Below the pieces are notes generated by a model that saw nothing but the letters and a program-made list of their open reading frames with translations, did no database searches and was not told where the DNA came from. From Malacoraja senta (lineage: Eukaryota), in assembly GCA_038087875.1 (NCBI GenBank), contig CM075979.1, positions 15,996,001-16,060,000 of the forward strand: DNA of 64,000 bases, given 5' to 3'. The position numbers and the translations under genes are program-made. The first letter of the stretch is position 1, and every line of letters begins with the position of its first letter. Below are positions 34,629 through 48,455 of the stretch, piece by piece.

Positions 34629-35490
34629 ATTAGATTAGATAGCCCTTTATTGTCATTCAGAAATTGCAACAGTCATACATAAAACAACAATAAACACATA
34701 TTAACATCCACCACAGTGAGTCCACCCAACATCTCCTCACTGTGATGGAGGCAAAAGTCTTAGGTCTGCAGTCTCTTCCCTCCTCTTCTCCCTCTGCGCT
34801 GAGGCGATACCCCCCGGGCGATGTTTCCCGCGGCTCAAACACCGCGGCCCGGGGTGGTCGAAGCTGCCGCCCACCAGTCCTGCAGGCGCAGCCGCTGGCC
34901 CGCGGCCGAACCCCGGACTCAGGCCACCACCGCCAGAACACCGTCCCAGCCACTCTCACGTGAGTACCGTGCCGTCTTCAGCCTCGGGCTGGGCCGCCCC
35001 GACTTGGGCGTCGCTTCTCCCCCGGGCCGGGCCGCCCCGACTTGGGCGCCGAACCTCCCTCGGGCCGGGCCGCCCCGACTTGGGCGTCGCTTCTCCCTCG
35101 GGCCGGGCTGCCCCGACTTGGGCGTCGCTTATCCCTCGGGCCGGGCCGGCCCGACTTGGGCGCTCACGGGAGCACTGTTCCAGCCCTGAGCCGGACCACC
35201 CTCACGGGAGCGAGCTTAGGGCGAGTCCTGACGGGCTCTGCCTCCGGAGCCTCGAGGTCGCCACCTCCATTAGGCCTCAGCGCAGACGGAGGCAGAGAAG
35301 GGGAATACGGCAAAAAGTCGCATTCCCCCGCAGGGAGAGACTGCAAACCCCGTTACAACCCCCCACCCCCCCAAAACACAAACTAAAAACCAAAAACTAG
35401 ACTAACCAAAACGAAATAAACAACACAAAAAACACAAACAAACAGGACTGCCGATGAGCCGCTGCAGCCAGTGCCGCGCCGCCACTTCCC
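34629..35490 (-). mobile_element. Non-coding bipartite retroelement with a TGACAATAAA tail
   Basis: Minus-strand start GGGAAGTGGCGGCGC...GCAGTCC, T-rich tract, ~38-bp internal tandem repeat (34982-35163), tail TGACAATAAAGGGCT(ATCTA)n. Confidence 0.75.
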
Positions 35491-35989
35491 ATGTGCCCCA
35501 AATTCTAAAAGGTATTCAGGTACCTTTTGCAATCAGAATAAATACTGTATATCCCTATAGTGACAGGAATTTCACTTGCCATGGCTGCCATGGAAATCCA
35601 TTTATCAAATGGTTTGCCTGCAGACAATTGTAAAAGCAAAGTCATTGAAATGAGTTTGTACTAACGCTATTATTCTTTGGTCAGTGGGAAGGGAACCAAA
35701 CTTTCCAACTGGAATAGCCATGTCATTATTTTACTGGTATGATCAAGAGTCAAGATAGCCAAGAATGTCAAGAATGTTAAGTTAGGAACAACAATTAAGT
35801 TTTAACTTGTTACAGCGTTGCAGGTACATTAACACAGCACAACAAATAAAGGTACAATCAGCAATAATACAATACATTTCCATTATTCTAGGCCATGATG
35901 GTGTACGCTGAAATACATAGAGCAGCCTAAATAGTCTAGAGTAGTTTGTTGCTGAGGTGAAGTTGTAGTTAGGATTGTCCTGTCTTCAA

Positions 35990-36570
35990 TGGGATGGCAG
36001 TGGAGAGACTCAATGGCTACGAGTTCCTGGGCATGCATATCTCTGTTGATCTGTCATGAGCTCAGCACAAAGAAACGCATCAATGCCTTTACTTCCTTAG
36101 AAGACTGAGGAGATTCAGCACGTTGCCAAATACTTTCACATACTTCTGCAGGTGTATGTTAGAGGGCATACTGACTGGTTGAATCACGACCTGGTTTAGT
36201 AACTCAAACATCCAAGAATAAAGGAGGCTACAGAAATTGGTACACATTGGCCAGTCCATCATGAGTACTGACCTCCACACTATAGAAGGGATCAACAGAA
36301 GATGCTGTCTTAAAACAACAGCTAATATCATGAAAAAAAACCACCACCCTGGCCATGCTTTCATTTAACTACTGCCAACTGAAGGAAGTACAGGAGCCTG
36401 AAGGTTCAACAACACCTCCAGGTTCAACAACAGCTTCTTCCCAGCAACTATGATGCTCTTGAACGGTGCACAGCACTAAACCCAATCCTACCTCAGCAGA
36501 TATGATCTATTATGGTCTTGTTTGCACTATGTACATTGGGTTTGCACTGTTATAGTCTGGTATTACTGAA
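35990..36570 (+). mobile_element. Old Rex1-type LINE 3' remnant
   Basis: Degenerate FLG..IS, YFLRRLRRFS, TDLHTIEGI, NSFFPA motifs. Confidence 0.7.
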
Positions 36571-37345
36571 TTTGAACTAGTTGAAGATGATTGGGCCCAA
36601 GAAACTGCGGAACATTTCCTGCAGCAAAAACATTATGATAATTGGCTTCTAGTTACCAAAACTGATATCCTTTGATCATAGTATTTGGACTGTCTGAGGA
36701 ATCATTTTGTTTTGCATTTCATTGACTTCCGTTTTGTTAATAGACTTTGGTGCATCACTCAATCAAATTCCATTTCTGCATTGCTGTCAGTTATTCTCAC
36801 TCACCTCTGGCATTCCACTCCTTTCACTGAGGTGTGGAGCCAAGTGACCTTGGTAACATCCAAACTGGCATGTGCATGTGCTTCTTGATCCACCTTTGAT
36901 AATGTCTCCAATCTCCTTGCTGATTATTGACATTAGCCTGATGTATAAGCAATTAAATGCATGAGATTACATCTGATATTTTGTTAGCACAACATAGAAC
37001 AGTACAGCACAATAAAATCTATATACCTCCATTCCCTCCATCTCCATATGCCTGTCCAAAAGTCTCTTACATGCCACTATCATATCTGTCTCATAATGTA
37101 GTTAGGAGGGAGAGATAGGTCAGCCATAATTGATTGGCAGAGTAGACTTGATGGGCTGAATGGCCTAATTCTACTCCTATCACATGACCTTATGTCTCAG
37201 CCACCAACCCTGGCAACATGTTCCAGGCACTCATCACCCTCTGTGTAAAAATTCTGCCTTGTATACTTGAGTATTTTTCTACACGGATATCAATAGTGTA
37301 GTTGTAGAGGATATTTGGTTAGCTATGTGTCAAGTTCTGTTTTTC

Positions 37346-37797
37346 TTTTATTTTTTTTAATTTTTATTTATTAGAAGTACATTACATTACAACCACATAC
37401 ATTAGTACTCGTCATTTATATCTTCTTACAATTAATGTACTCCATTTATTTTTTACACTAGAAAAGGAAAAGATTGAAAGAAAGAAGAAAGTGAAGGAAA
37501 AAGTGAAAGTGTAGGAAATGTGACAACAAAAAAGGACGAAGACCCTATAAGAGCAAAATTAAAAACAAAAGAAAAAGAGTTAAGAAATAGACCCTAGGAA
37601 AGAAAGAGAGAGAGAAAGAGGAAAAAGAGAGAAACAAATATTTTTATGAGCATTACGTAAATGGGACATACCAACTCTTCAACTATCATCCCCCCTTACC
37701 TGACCTCAATTTTTTTTTTTTTTTTTAAGTACTTTTGCACCCTATGTTTGTAATAATTTTATAAATGCAGACCACGTCAGGTGGAAGTGATCTGGTT
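37346..37797 (-). mobile_element. L1 3' fragment
   Basis: Poly(A)/AATAAA tail resembling 41490-41520; 14-bp TSD AAGTTCTGTTTTTC at 37332-37345 and 37798-37811. Confidence 0.8.
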
Positions 37798-37948
37798 AAG
37801 TTCTGTTTTTCAAAAGGAAATATTCTTAATCTCATTTTTAATAGTTTTAAATGTTTATTAATGTTGTGAAAATTATATACCTTGATATCATTAACAAATG
37901 ACAAAACAGCAAGATATGGCTTTCATCGCCAATCGAAGCATTTCAGGG

Positions 37949-38043
37949 AAGATAGACACAAAATACTGGAGTAACTCAGTGGGACAGGCAGCCTCTCTGG
38001 AGAGAAGGAATGGGTGACGTTTTGGGTCTAGACCCTTCTTCAG
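37949..38043 (-). mobile_element. Penelope-derived short element (hammerhead GAAA changed to AAAA)
   Basis: Minus strand CTGAAGAAGGGTCTAGACCCAAAACGTC at 38016-38043; TSD ATTTCAGGG at 37940-37948 and 38044-38052. Confidence 0.85.
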
Positions 38044-38692
38044 ATTTCAGGGCAATGTCATAGATGAGGTTTGTTCTGCCAAATCCATGTGACCTGATTC
38101 CATCACACTTTGCTAGGTTTAGGTTTGGTTAGGTTTATTATTGTTTTGTGTGATGAGGTGAAGTGAAAGGCTTTCCAAACAGGTCAGATATACTATACGT
38201 AAATACAATCAAGGCCAGTGGTACAGTCTGGAAAATGACTACTTAGCTCTCCCAGTGGCATTACCTTTCTGAATATAGGCAGTCAGGTGTACAACATTTC
38301 TGTGCAAAATCTGGAACTAGTTCTTCTTTTAATTGCGAGAACAGCAAGTGCTATTTTTTAAACCTTTTAATTTGTGATGAAAATTATTACTATGTACAAA
38401 ACCAAAGGGTTTGCATTGAATTTTCAGATGTTTAAAAACATCTCACATGGACTAGATTAAACGATGTGATTAACAACATCCAAAAACTTGATACTGCAGG
38501 TGCTAGAAATCTGAAACACAAACAATGTGCTGAAAATACTCAGCTGGTCAGGCAGCATCAGTGCAGAGAAAATCCCAGAGAAGTGGAACATATTCCGTGT
38601 TTACTGTTTATATCACTTTTATTTCACGATACATCATTTTCAGCTTAAATAATTAAACATCTCACAGTATCAAGGTAAATAGAGGATCTAAA

Positions 38693-38996
38693 GGCGGCAC
38701 AGTGGCGCATCAGTAGAGTTGCTGCCTTGCAGCGCGAGAGACCTGGGTTCGATCCTGACTATGGGTGCTTGTCTGTACAGAGTTTTTACATTCTCCCAGT
38801 GTGATTTATCTGGGTGCTCCGGTTTACTCCCACAATCCAAAGATGCACAGGTTTGTAGGTTAATAGGCTTTGGTAAAATTGTAAATTGTCCCTAGCGCGT
38901 GCAGGATAGCTTTGATGTGAGGCGATCGCTGGTCGGCGCGGACTCGGTGGGCCGAAGGGCCTGTTTCCACACTCTATCTCTAAAACTAATACTAAA
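38693..38996 (+). mobile_element. HE1-type V-SINE
   Basis: Same family. Confidence 0.88.
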
Positions 38997-40057
38997 AATT
39001 ACATTGCAACGTTGCAGATTTTGTGGGATCAATGGAGCTTTTACATTTCACAATATATACAGTCCTAGTGAAAGCACAGAATAGAAACTCTTCTGAAAAC
39101 AAATGCATTTTTCTGGACCGCTTGCAAACAGAGCCTGTCACACGCAAAGCATTTCACTTGTGTTGCCATGCCCATTGATCCCAGCTTCAAATGGTAATAC
39201 CCACATTGAACAAAAGTAGCAAATTAGCCCTGTCATGGCTTGCGAACCATAACTGTTGCCTTTTTGAGTGATCAGTACGTAATTACCTCCTTTAATTGAG
39301 TAATCTCTTGCCACACACACTGATAGAACCTGAAAGGAATTTTAAGGGCAAGGTTCAAAGATAATAAAGCTGGAAAGTTCCACTGTATTAAAAAGATGTT
39401 ACAAACATACTAATATCTGGAAAATTCACCTCAGAACGCTCAAAATTATTTAATAATAAATTTCTTTCGCTGACAACCTCTTAAATTGAATACTAATCAT
39501 AGTGATATTTAATATTTTAATTTAAGGAAAAGAAAGTACAACCATCCCATAAAGACCATTTCCAGGCAATAAATTTATATTGATCTTAAAAATGATTAAC
39601 AGTGGCATATACTTCTAATTTGATTTCAATGATGCCTGAAGCTTTGGTTCGAGATCTGGAAATCTTTTAAAATTTCTCCCTGGAGTAACCTTTAATGTTA
39701 TATCACACCAGAGTAGGCCTTGATGATTTATCCTTCTGTATTGCATTTTGAGCAGTGACTTGATTTTTAACTTAAACATGCAATTTATTTGAAAGTAAGT
39801 TTCAGCCTATATACTGTGAAAAATGATATGAAAAATTATTTGCATATAGTATTAATATTTGCTTATTGGGTCTTCTAATATACTATCTTTGAAATATCTA
39901 CAAGATTAATACAAGTTGATTAGTTCTTAAATTATCTAAACATTTGCTATTAATTATGCTGTAATAGTAAGACATATATTTAACTCCCACAACATCAGGT
40001 GGGACACATTCCAAATTTATTTTGAAATTTATGTATACATAACATCTTGATACAGAA

Positions 40058-40190
40058 TGTGTAGGAAGGAACTGCAGGTGCTGATTTACACCAAAGGTAG
40101 ACACAAAATGCTGGAGTAACTCAGCGGAACAGGCAGCATCTCTGGAGAGATGGAATGGGTAAAGTTTTGTGTCGAGACACTTCTTCAGAC
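40058..40190 (-). mobile_element. Penelope-derived short element (degenerate hammerhead)
   Basis: Same family as 21504-21638. Confidence 0.8.
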
Positions 40191-41070
40191 CCTGTCTATC
40201 TATATACATAAACTTAAAATATTAAAAAGACCTAGCTCTTCATAGTAAAAATGCATAAGAATTACCAAACAAATTCTGTTACATTTCATGCTAATGACAG
40301 CATATTTATTGATAAATTCAAATTAGTTTTCACAAAATTAATAGGAATCAGAAACAATTAATATAAACTCGCACCATCTCACAGGTAAATTCTGCTGAAG
40401 CCATTATTTAATATAACCACCTCAAATTTCATACAGAGGTTGCTGTCCATTCATGCCATCTGTCAGGAATGCCTGCACTTAATTTGATCTGATCATTGGC
40501 AAAAAACCTCCTTGGAGTCCCAAGCCTCACCATCTCAGCTCTTCTGGATGTGAGTGCCACATACATTGCTTAGGCCAGAATGCATTTATCCCTGAGAATA
40601 CTGAACAAATTTGACTGCTGACCAAATCACACCCTTAGCTAAGCCAGCTGTCAAAACTGTCATAAACTCTATGCCTTTGACAGAAACCTTCAAAACACTA
40701 ATTAATCAAGCTAGTTATATTTAAATTTGTGTTCAAAATGTAAAATAGAATATTAAGGAGTACTTACATTGAAAATTGTCCTCAAGTGTGTAGGATCGTG
40801 CTAGTGTCCAGGAATCATTGGTCAGCAAGGACTCGGTGGGCCGAAGTGCCTGTTTCCACACTGTATCTCTAAACTAAATTAAACTAATAATTAAGTTATC
40901 AGGGAGTTCCAGGAGTGGGGTTTCAGGGTGATCTTGCAACTTGTTGCCTGCTCACCTTTGCAGAACATGTCCTTTTGCAGAACACGTTAGTGCAGGGAGC
41001 GGCCAAATACCGTCGGGGAGGAGGTTAGGACGTTGGGAGTAATCCAGGATGATCCAATCCAAGATTAATC

Positions 41071-41354
41071 GAGTCATAGAGTCATACAGGACAGAAGCAG
41101 GCCCTTTGGCCCAACTCATTTATGCTGATCAAAATTCCCACCTAACCTAATCCCATTTGCTTGCGTTGGGCCATGTTCCTCAATGCTTTTCCAATCCATG
41201 TACTTGTCCAAGTGTCTTTTAAATGCTGATTATAGTACCCGTCTCAATTAACTCTTCTGGCAGCTGGTTCCATATACCAATCACCCTCTGTGGAAAAAAT
41301 GTTGCTGCTCAGGTTCCTATTAAATTTTGCCCCTCTCACCTTAAAGGTATGTCC
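41071..41354 (-). mobile_element. CR1 3' fragment (resumes at ~47626-47670)
   Basis: (GAGTCATA)n tail and CR1 3' UTR; cut by an HE1 SINE. Confidence 0.75.
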
Positions 41355-41475
41355 TTTAGTTTAGTTTAGTTTGGAAATACAGCATGGAAACAAACCCTTC
41401 AGCCCACCAAGTTTGCGCCAACCAGTGATCCTTGCACACTAACACTATCCTACACACACTAGGTACAATTTACAA
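41355..41475 (-). mobile_element. HE1 SINE 3' half (5' half at 47419-47625), split by L1
   Basis: The two halves are colinear with intact copies. Confidence 0.88.
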
Positions 41476-44400
41476 TTATTATTATAATATATATTTTTTA
41501 ATATTTATTTTATTAGAAGCAATTGTACAAAGAGAAAGTAATCGACATAACAATTATACAATTTTCGTACTGCTTCAATTTTAACATTTTATAAACTAAT
41601 AACTAAATCAGAAAAAAGGAAAAAGAAAAAAGGGAAAGAAAGAAGAAAAGAAAAAGAAAAGAAGGAATTTCGAGAAAGACACGAAAAAGAAAAAAGAAAA
41701 AACCCAGAACTAACGAAGAAGTGAAAGAAGCAGAGATATATCCCACTACCCTTCCCTACACCCGCACACCAGACCCTAGCGTTGGTTATGAGTTTGTGTT
41801 CAACCATTATGTTGTTGAAGAAATTCAATGAAAGGAGACCATATTTTGGAAAATTGATCTGGTTTGTCAGTCAAGACAAGCCTTATTTTTTCTAGATGTG
41901 TCTCGGTCATTTCTGTGATCCACATCTTCACTGTGGGGACTGTTATCTTTTTCCAGAATTTAAGTATACGTTTTTTCGCAGTTATTAAACCATAGTCAAG
42001 GAAGCGTCTTTGAGATATCGTTAAATTAGGGCAGCCCTCTGGCATTCCTAATATTATTAGTTTTGAATCTGACTCCAATTGAAATTTAAGTATTTTAGAA
42101 ATGATATTGAATATTCCTGTCCAGAAGTTTTTTATTTTTATACAGGATACAAAAGATTGAGTTAGGGTGGCTTCTTGAAAGTGACATTTATCACAGAGAG
42201 GAGAGACAATTGGGAAGATCTTGTTCAGTTTGGTCTTTGAGTAGTATAACCCATACAATACTTTAAATTGTATCAGGCAATGCCTGGCATTTAAAGAACA
42301 GTAGTGTATGTATTGTAGGCTTTCCTCCCATATATCTTTCGAAATGGGTAAACCCAGCTCGTCCTCCCATGCTCACCTATAAATCTCAGAGGGTGGGGTG
42401 TCAATATTTAGAAGAGTGCTATAAATGTAAGATATCAACTTACTTGTATCGGCATGTCTTTTCAAACAATCGTCTAATATATCTGGACCCATAAGAGGCC
42501 AGTCTTGTGTATATGTTTTCACGTAATCTCGGATTTGAAGGTATCTAAAAAAATTATTGGCATTCAAGTGATATTTCTCCTGTAGTTCTTGAAAAGAAGA
42601 GAGAGTCCCTTTCTTATAGAGGTCTCCCACAGTATTGATTCCCAGGTTCTTCCATTGAACAAACACCACATCTAAAGTGGACAGTTTAAACGAGGGATTA
42701 TTTGCAATAGGAAGGAGAGACATATTTCTCAATTTAAGACTGAATTTCAGCTGTTTCCAGATAGGGATAGTACTATGTATTATCGGATTTTGCTCATACG
42801 TTGACATTCAAATATATTGGAGATAGGAGGATCGAGCCTATACTAAAAGGCAAACAATCTTCCCTCTCCATTTTTAACCAATTTACATGTTGACATGTAT
42901 CATCCAACCAGAAAGTTATATTTTTAATATTAGTTGCCCAGTAGTAAAAAAAAAAATTAGGTAGAGCTAATCCTCCATTTTCTTTGGATTTGCACAAATG
43001 TCTTTTGTGTATTCTGTGGGTTTTGTAGTCCCAAATAAAGTTAGTGACAATAGAGTCAATTTAAAAAAAAAGGCATTTAGGGAGATATATTCGGTATTGA
43101 TTGAAATAAATATAAAAGTTGCGGAAGGAAGATCATCTTTATGTGATTTAATCTACCAATAAGGGAGATAGGAAGTGTTTTCCAAAATTGGATGTAGGCA
43201 TACAATTTAGTGATTAATGGTAGGAAGTTTATTTTAAACAAAGAGGAATACTTTCTAGTCACGTAAATTCCAAGATATCTGAACTTTTCAGTAACGATTC
43301 TGAAAAGAAATTGTTGGAGTTGAGAAGGGTCTTGCTCTTTTATTGGCATGATTTCACTTTTATTCCAATTTATTCTGTATCCAGAAAAAGAACCAAATTG
43401 TTCTATAATGTTTAGAACATTTGGAATACTAACTTGGGAATTAGTAATGTATAAAAGTATATTATCTGCATATAACAAAATTTATTGGATGTATATTTGG
43501 TATTATATTCATAAATGCCTGAATGGGACCTGATACTCTCAGCTAGAGGTTCTATGGCTAAAGCAAATAACATTGGAGAAAGAGCACATCCTTGTCTGTT
43601 ACCCCTAGATAAATAAAATTTAGGTGAAAGCATTTGATTTGTCAGTATTCTAGCTGTCGGATTAGTGTATAAAAGCTTCACCCATAAATTAAAGTTTTCT
43701 CCCAATTGGAATTTTTCTAACACTGTGAAAAGATAAGACCATTCCACTTGGTTGAAAGTTATTTCTGCACCTAGATAAATAATTGTTAGATCTTCATTTG
43801 GCATTCTCTGCGAATAAATTATGTTAAACAAACATCTCAAATTATAAAACGAGTGTCGTTTAGGTATAAACCCAGTTTGATCTGGATGTATTAGTTTACC
43901 AATAACTAGGCTTAATCTACGAGCCAAAGTCTTAGCTAGTATCTTCTGATCTGTATTTAAAAGGGCTATTGCCCTATAGGATCCAGGCTCCTCGAGATTT
44001 TTATCTTTTTTTGGAATTAATGTAATAGTTGATTCAGCAAGAGCTTGTGGTAAAGTCTGTTCTTTAAATGCTTGAATATAAAGGGCTTGTAAGCGTGGAG
44101 AAATTAAATCATTAATTTTTTTATAAAATCCGTTACTAAACCCATCCGAGCCAGGAGTTTTTCCACTTTTCAATGATTTAATAATCTATACAATGTCTTT
44201 TGTTGTTATCTGTACCTAATTCATCCCGTTCCCCCTCATTAAGAAATGGGAGATTGCAATTCGCAAGAAAGCTTTTCATCTTTGCAGGATCGACTGTTGT
44301 TTTTGATGAATATAGTGTTTGGTAGAATTGTAAGAATCTTTCATTAATATCTTTAGGCAATGTAAGCAAATCTCCTTTTTCTGATCTAATTTTGTGCATT

Positions 44401-47400
44401 GTACGGTCATTCTCTAATTTGCGGAGTTGGCATATCACTAGCTTGCGTGGTTTATCACCAAATTCAATTTTTTTTTGGTATATTGCAGAGAGAATCTGGT
44501 TTAATTTAAATTTTAGTGCAGCTATCTTATTATGTTTTGCAATGGATGGGTCAGCCGCATTTTCTAGGTCTAACTGTTTTATCTGTTTTTCTAATTCCAA
44601 TTGTTCAGTCTTATTTTTCTTGTTTTGAAAAGCTTGGTATGCGCTAATACAGCCTCTAACATAGGCTATAAAAGATTCCCACAGCAAAGATGGTGAAATA
44701 CCGGGGGTGTCGTTTGTCTCAAAAAATGTTTTCATCTGTTGCTTCAGATAGTCACAACAACTTGCCTCAGCTAGTATTTATGGATTAAATCTCCAAAATG
44801 GTTGTTTATTATACATTCCTTCCAATTTTACTGAAAAAGTGAGAGGACAGTGATCCGAAATAATAATGTTATGATATTTTGGGTTGTAGGTAAAAGGGAT
44901 AAGTTTGGCATCAACCAAGAAATAGTCAATTTGTGTATAAACTTTATGAACACCTGAATAATAATGAAAAATAAATTCTCTTCCAGGCAGATTGGCAATC
45001 CTCCATACGTCTCTTTATGTTTGATTTATTTATATAGGTGTTTAAAAGGTCACAAGATTTTGATGTACTTTTCCTTTGAAGTGAAGATTTATCCAAGTAT
45101 TGATCAAATACACAATTTAAATCTCCCCCAATTATCAGATTATGCTGACCAGAGTCTGAAATTGTATTAAATATTTTATTAAAAAATTAGGGATTATCGA
45201 AATTAGGAGCATAAATATTCACCATGGTCAATGGAGTTGAATACAATTCCCTGAATATTATAATGTACCGGCCTTTCTTATCAGCTATAGTGGATTTATG
45301 TTTGAATGGTATACCTTTATGAATTAGAATTGCTGTTCCTTTTGCTTTGGAAGAAAACGTAGAGTGATATAATTGTCCAATCCACCTACCCTTCAGCCTG
45401 TTGTGAGCTCCATTTTTGAGATGCGTCTCCTGAAGAAATATTATGTCAGTATTAATAGATTTTAAATGGGCTAATCCATACCCCCTTTTAATTGGCTCAT
45501 TAACGCCCCTAACATTACAAATACAAAATGTGATTCCTCCTATTTTCTTAGCTACATCATCTTGCATTTTAAAACTTACATGGTCTCTTTTCATTTAAAT
45601 GGTCCAACACATTATTTGAAAAATGTCCTTTAAATGCTGGGTGGGTGAGCCCTATCCCCTTTTCCCCTATCCCCCAGAGATATCTCCAAGAAAAATGTGC
45701 ATTAGTAAAGATAGATAAGATATTTAGTAAAGAAATTAGAAAGTGAAAAAGAGAAACAGAAATTAGAGCATATAAGAATGCTGTTAGTGAATACCACCCA
45801 ACGGTGGTTGAGTTAGTGAAAGCTTCCGTAAGATAGATAATTTTAGATAACTCCACACCTTAAGGAGTTAATAAAAACTAAACAGAACAAACCTTAAAAA
45901 TATTTAACAATATTTAAAACCGTCAGGGGATCAACATTCCCAAGAAGTTAAGTATCTTGGTGGGATCTAACTAAGTAGTTGAATATTGAGAAGTTTAACT
46001 AACATATTACTTAACTTTCTATTAATAATGTTTTGACATATTAACCGACTCTCCCTCTCTCCCTCTCTCCCCCCCCCTTCTCCCTCTCTCCATCCCTCCC
46101 TCTCTCCCTCTTTCCCTCCCTCTCAAACTCTCCAATCCTTTCCAAAACTTTCTCAAACTTTCTCACACATTCATTCTTTCTCCCTCCCTCTCTTTCTCTC
46201 TCTCTACCCCTCCCCCCTCTCCCTACCTCTCTATCTCTCAAGTTCTCTGTTTTGACATATTAACCAACTGTAAGTCAGTAGTTTGATTATAACTTATTGA
46301 TTATAAACACAGTATAAACTTCTTGATTATCATCACAGTATAAACTCAGTAGAGTATTACTTATCCCTTGACGGATCCCAAAGTGTGCTGGGCAAACAGA
46401 TGCTTTATTAGGATCAGTAAAAAAGGATTCAGTCCCTTTATAAGTAACTCGCAATTTGGCAGGAATCGGAGGTCTGGTATGTCCCTCAGAATAACTCTTG
46501 ACTTGGAGAAGAGTGCTCTTTTCTTAACTTCGGCAGGAAAGTCTCTGAAGATTCGTATGTTTTCACCTTGAAAAGTTAGGTTTCTGATGTTGGCAACTTT
46601 CTGCAGAATGTCCTCCAGAACATGGCAGTGGTGCACCCTCGGGATCAAATGTCTTGGTGGGGCTGTGCTGTCTGGCCGGGCTCTCAGAGCTCTGTGAGCC
46701 CGGTCAAGTTTCGGTTTTTCGTCCAAAGCGAGTACGTCTTGAAGTAGTTGAGCCGTAAAATCTCGAGAATTTTGACCAAGTTCTTTGCCTTCTTTCACTC
46801 CAACAATCCTTAAGTTCTGACATTTAGAGCGCCCTTCCAAATCTAGACATTTTTCTGTTACTTTAGCTAATAACCCGGAGATATGTTCCACCTCCGCCGT
46901 CAGCCTGTGTATTGTCTCGACATTTAAAGCCGCAGTAGTTTCCAATTCCCGAATAGCCTCGCTTTGTTTTTGTGAAGTAGCAAGAATAGGTTCCAACTTA
47001 TGGCTGATGTCGGTTTCAAGCCTGTCGATTACCCCTTTCAGGTCGGTATTCACCTCCTCTATACGGGCATCAATCTTGTCAATCTTTCCACAAATTTCTG
47101 CCTTAACAGCCGAAAGTGCATGACACAGTGCTGAACGGATCTCCTCCACCAAACCCTTGCTGCTTCATCTCGGTGGTGTGTCATAATCGAGGTCGAGGCT
47201 TCTTCGTGTCCTTCAGTAACTTCTGTAACTTTTGGTTGATGTTTCGGGCGTTTATGCATATTAAAAGTACCGGAGTCGCGTTCTGATGACGTCACTTACG
47301 CGACTGCTGAACGTCTGCCGGTGAGTATTTTTAGATCTGTCCGGTTTAAATTTTCAATAGGTTTTTGGCGTTAGACGGTGCGGAGGTGAATAGCGCGTGC

Positions 47401-47418
47401 CCTAAGCCACCAGAAGTC
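41476..47418 (-). mobile_element. Full-length decayed L1-clade LINE
   Basis: 5' end GACTTCTGGTGG; ORF1 46361-47152 (LEGRSKCQNLRIVG); APE (NVRG, FLQETH, NIYAPN); RT (GKTPGSDG, RQGCALSP, YADN); C-terminal CDKC..ATL.QSF.SC; TSD ACAATTTACAA at 41465-41475 and 47419-47429. Confidence 0.93.
46361..47152 (-). pseudogene. L1 ORF1 (coiled coil-RRM-CTD), frameshifted
   Basis: Coiled coil followed by LEGRSK.QNLRIVG, LDRAHRAL, PPRHLI, IRIFRDF. Confidence 0.85.
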
Positions 47419-48046
47419 ACAATTTACAACTTTGACCAAGCCAATCAGCCTACAAATGTGTACGTCTTTGGAGTGTGGGAGGGAACCGGAGCTCCCAGAG
47501 AAAATCCACGCAGGTCACAGGGAGAACATACAAACCCCGTACAGACAAGCACCTGTAGTCGGGATCGAATCCTAGTCTCTGGCACTGTAAGGCAGCAACT
47601 CTACCGATGTGCCACCATGCCGCCCACTGGTCCTTAATTTCCCAACTCAGGGTAACGACTCTGTGCATACTGATTTCACTCTCAGTTAATGAGGACCATG
47701 CAGCAATGCATTGCTGGAGTTATCCAACCATGGCATCTAATTTTCCTTAATGTAGCATACTACACCATGGAAATGTTGCAACCATATATAAAACTATTTA
47801 TTGTCTTATAAAGACTGAAAGCAGATTGACATTATTGAACTCACTGGAAACGCCAAATAACCAGGTAATCATTTTTGAAATGTTGATTGAATAAATGTAT
47901 GAGAGAAAACATCAGGAAAATACAGTAATTCCCTTTTTTGCATTACTGCGAGAGATCTTCTGATAGACTGGGTAGATCTTCAATTTAATGTGTTAACAAC
48001 TTACTGGACTGCAATTGTACAATAGAGTATTTTGTGCTTATACGTT

Positions 48047-48455
48047 TACACTTTAGACTTTAGAGATACAGCATGGAAGTAGGCCCTTCAGCCCACCGAG
48101 TATCGCCAACCAGCAAACACTTCTTTATCTCTTCTCCAGCCTACCTAGTTTAGTTTAGTTTCAAGATGCAGCACGGAAACAGGCCCTTTGGCCCACTGAG
48201 TCTGTGCCGACCAGGATCCCCGTAAACTAACATTATCCTAGTACACACATTAGGGACAATTTACAATTTTACCAAAGAAAATTATTCTACAAACCTGCAC
48301 GTCTTTGGAGTGCGGGAGGAAACCGGAACACCCGGAGAAAACCCATGCTGTTACAGGAAGAATGTACAAATTAGGTACAGACAGCATCTATAGTCAGGAT
48401 CGAACCCGTGTCTCTGGCGCTGTAAAGCAGCAACAATACCACTGCACAACGGTGA
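48047..48455 (-). mobile_element. HE1 SINE (48146-48455) plus a partial tail copy (48047-48120)
   Basis: Same family. Confidence 0.85.
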
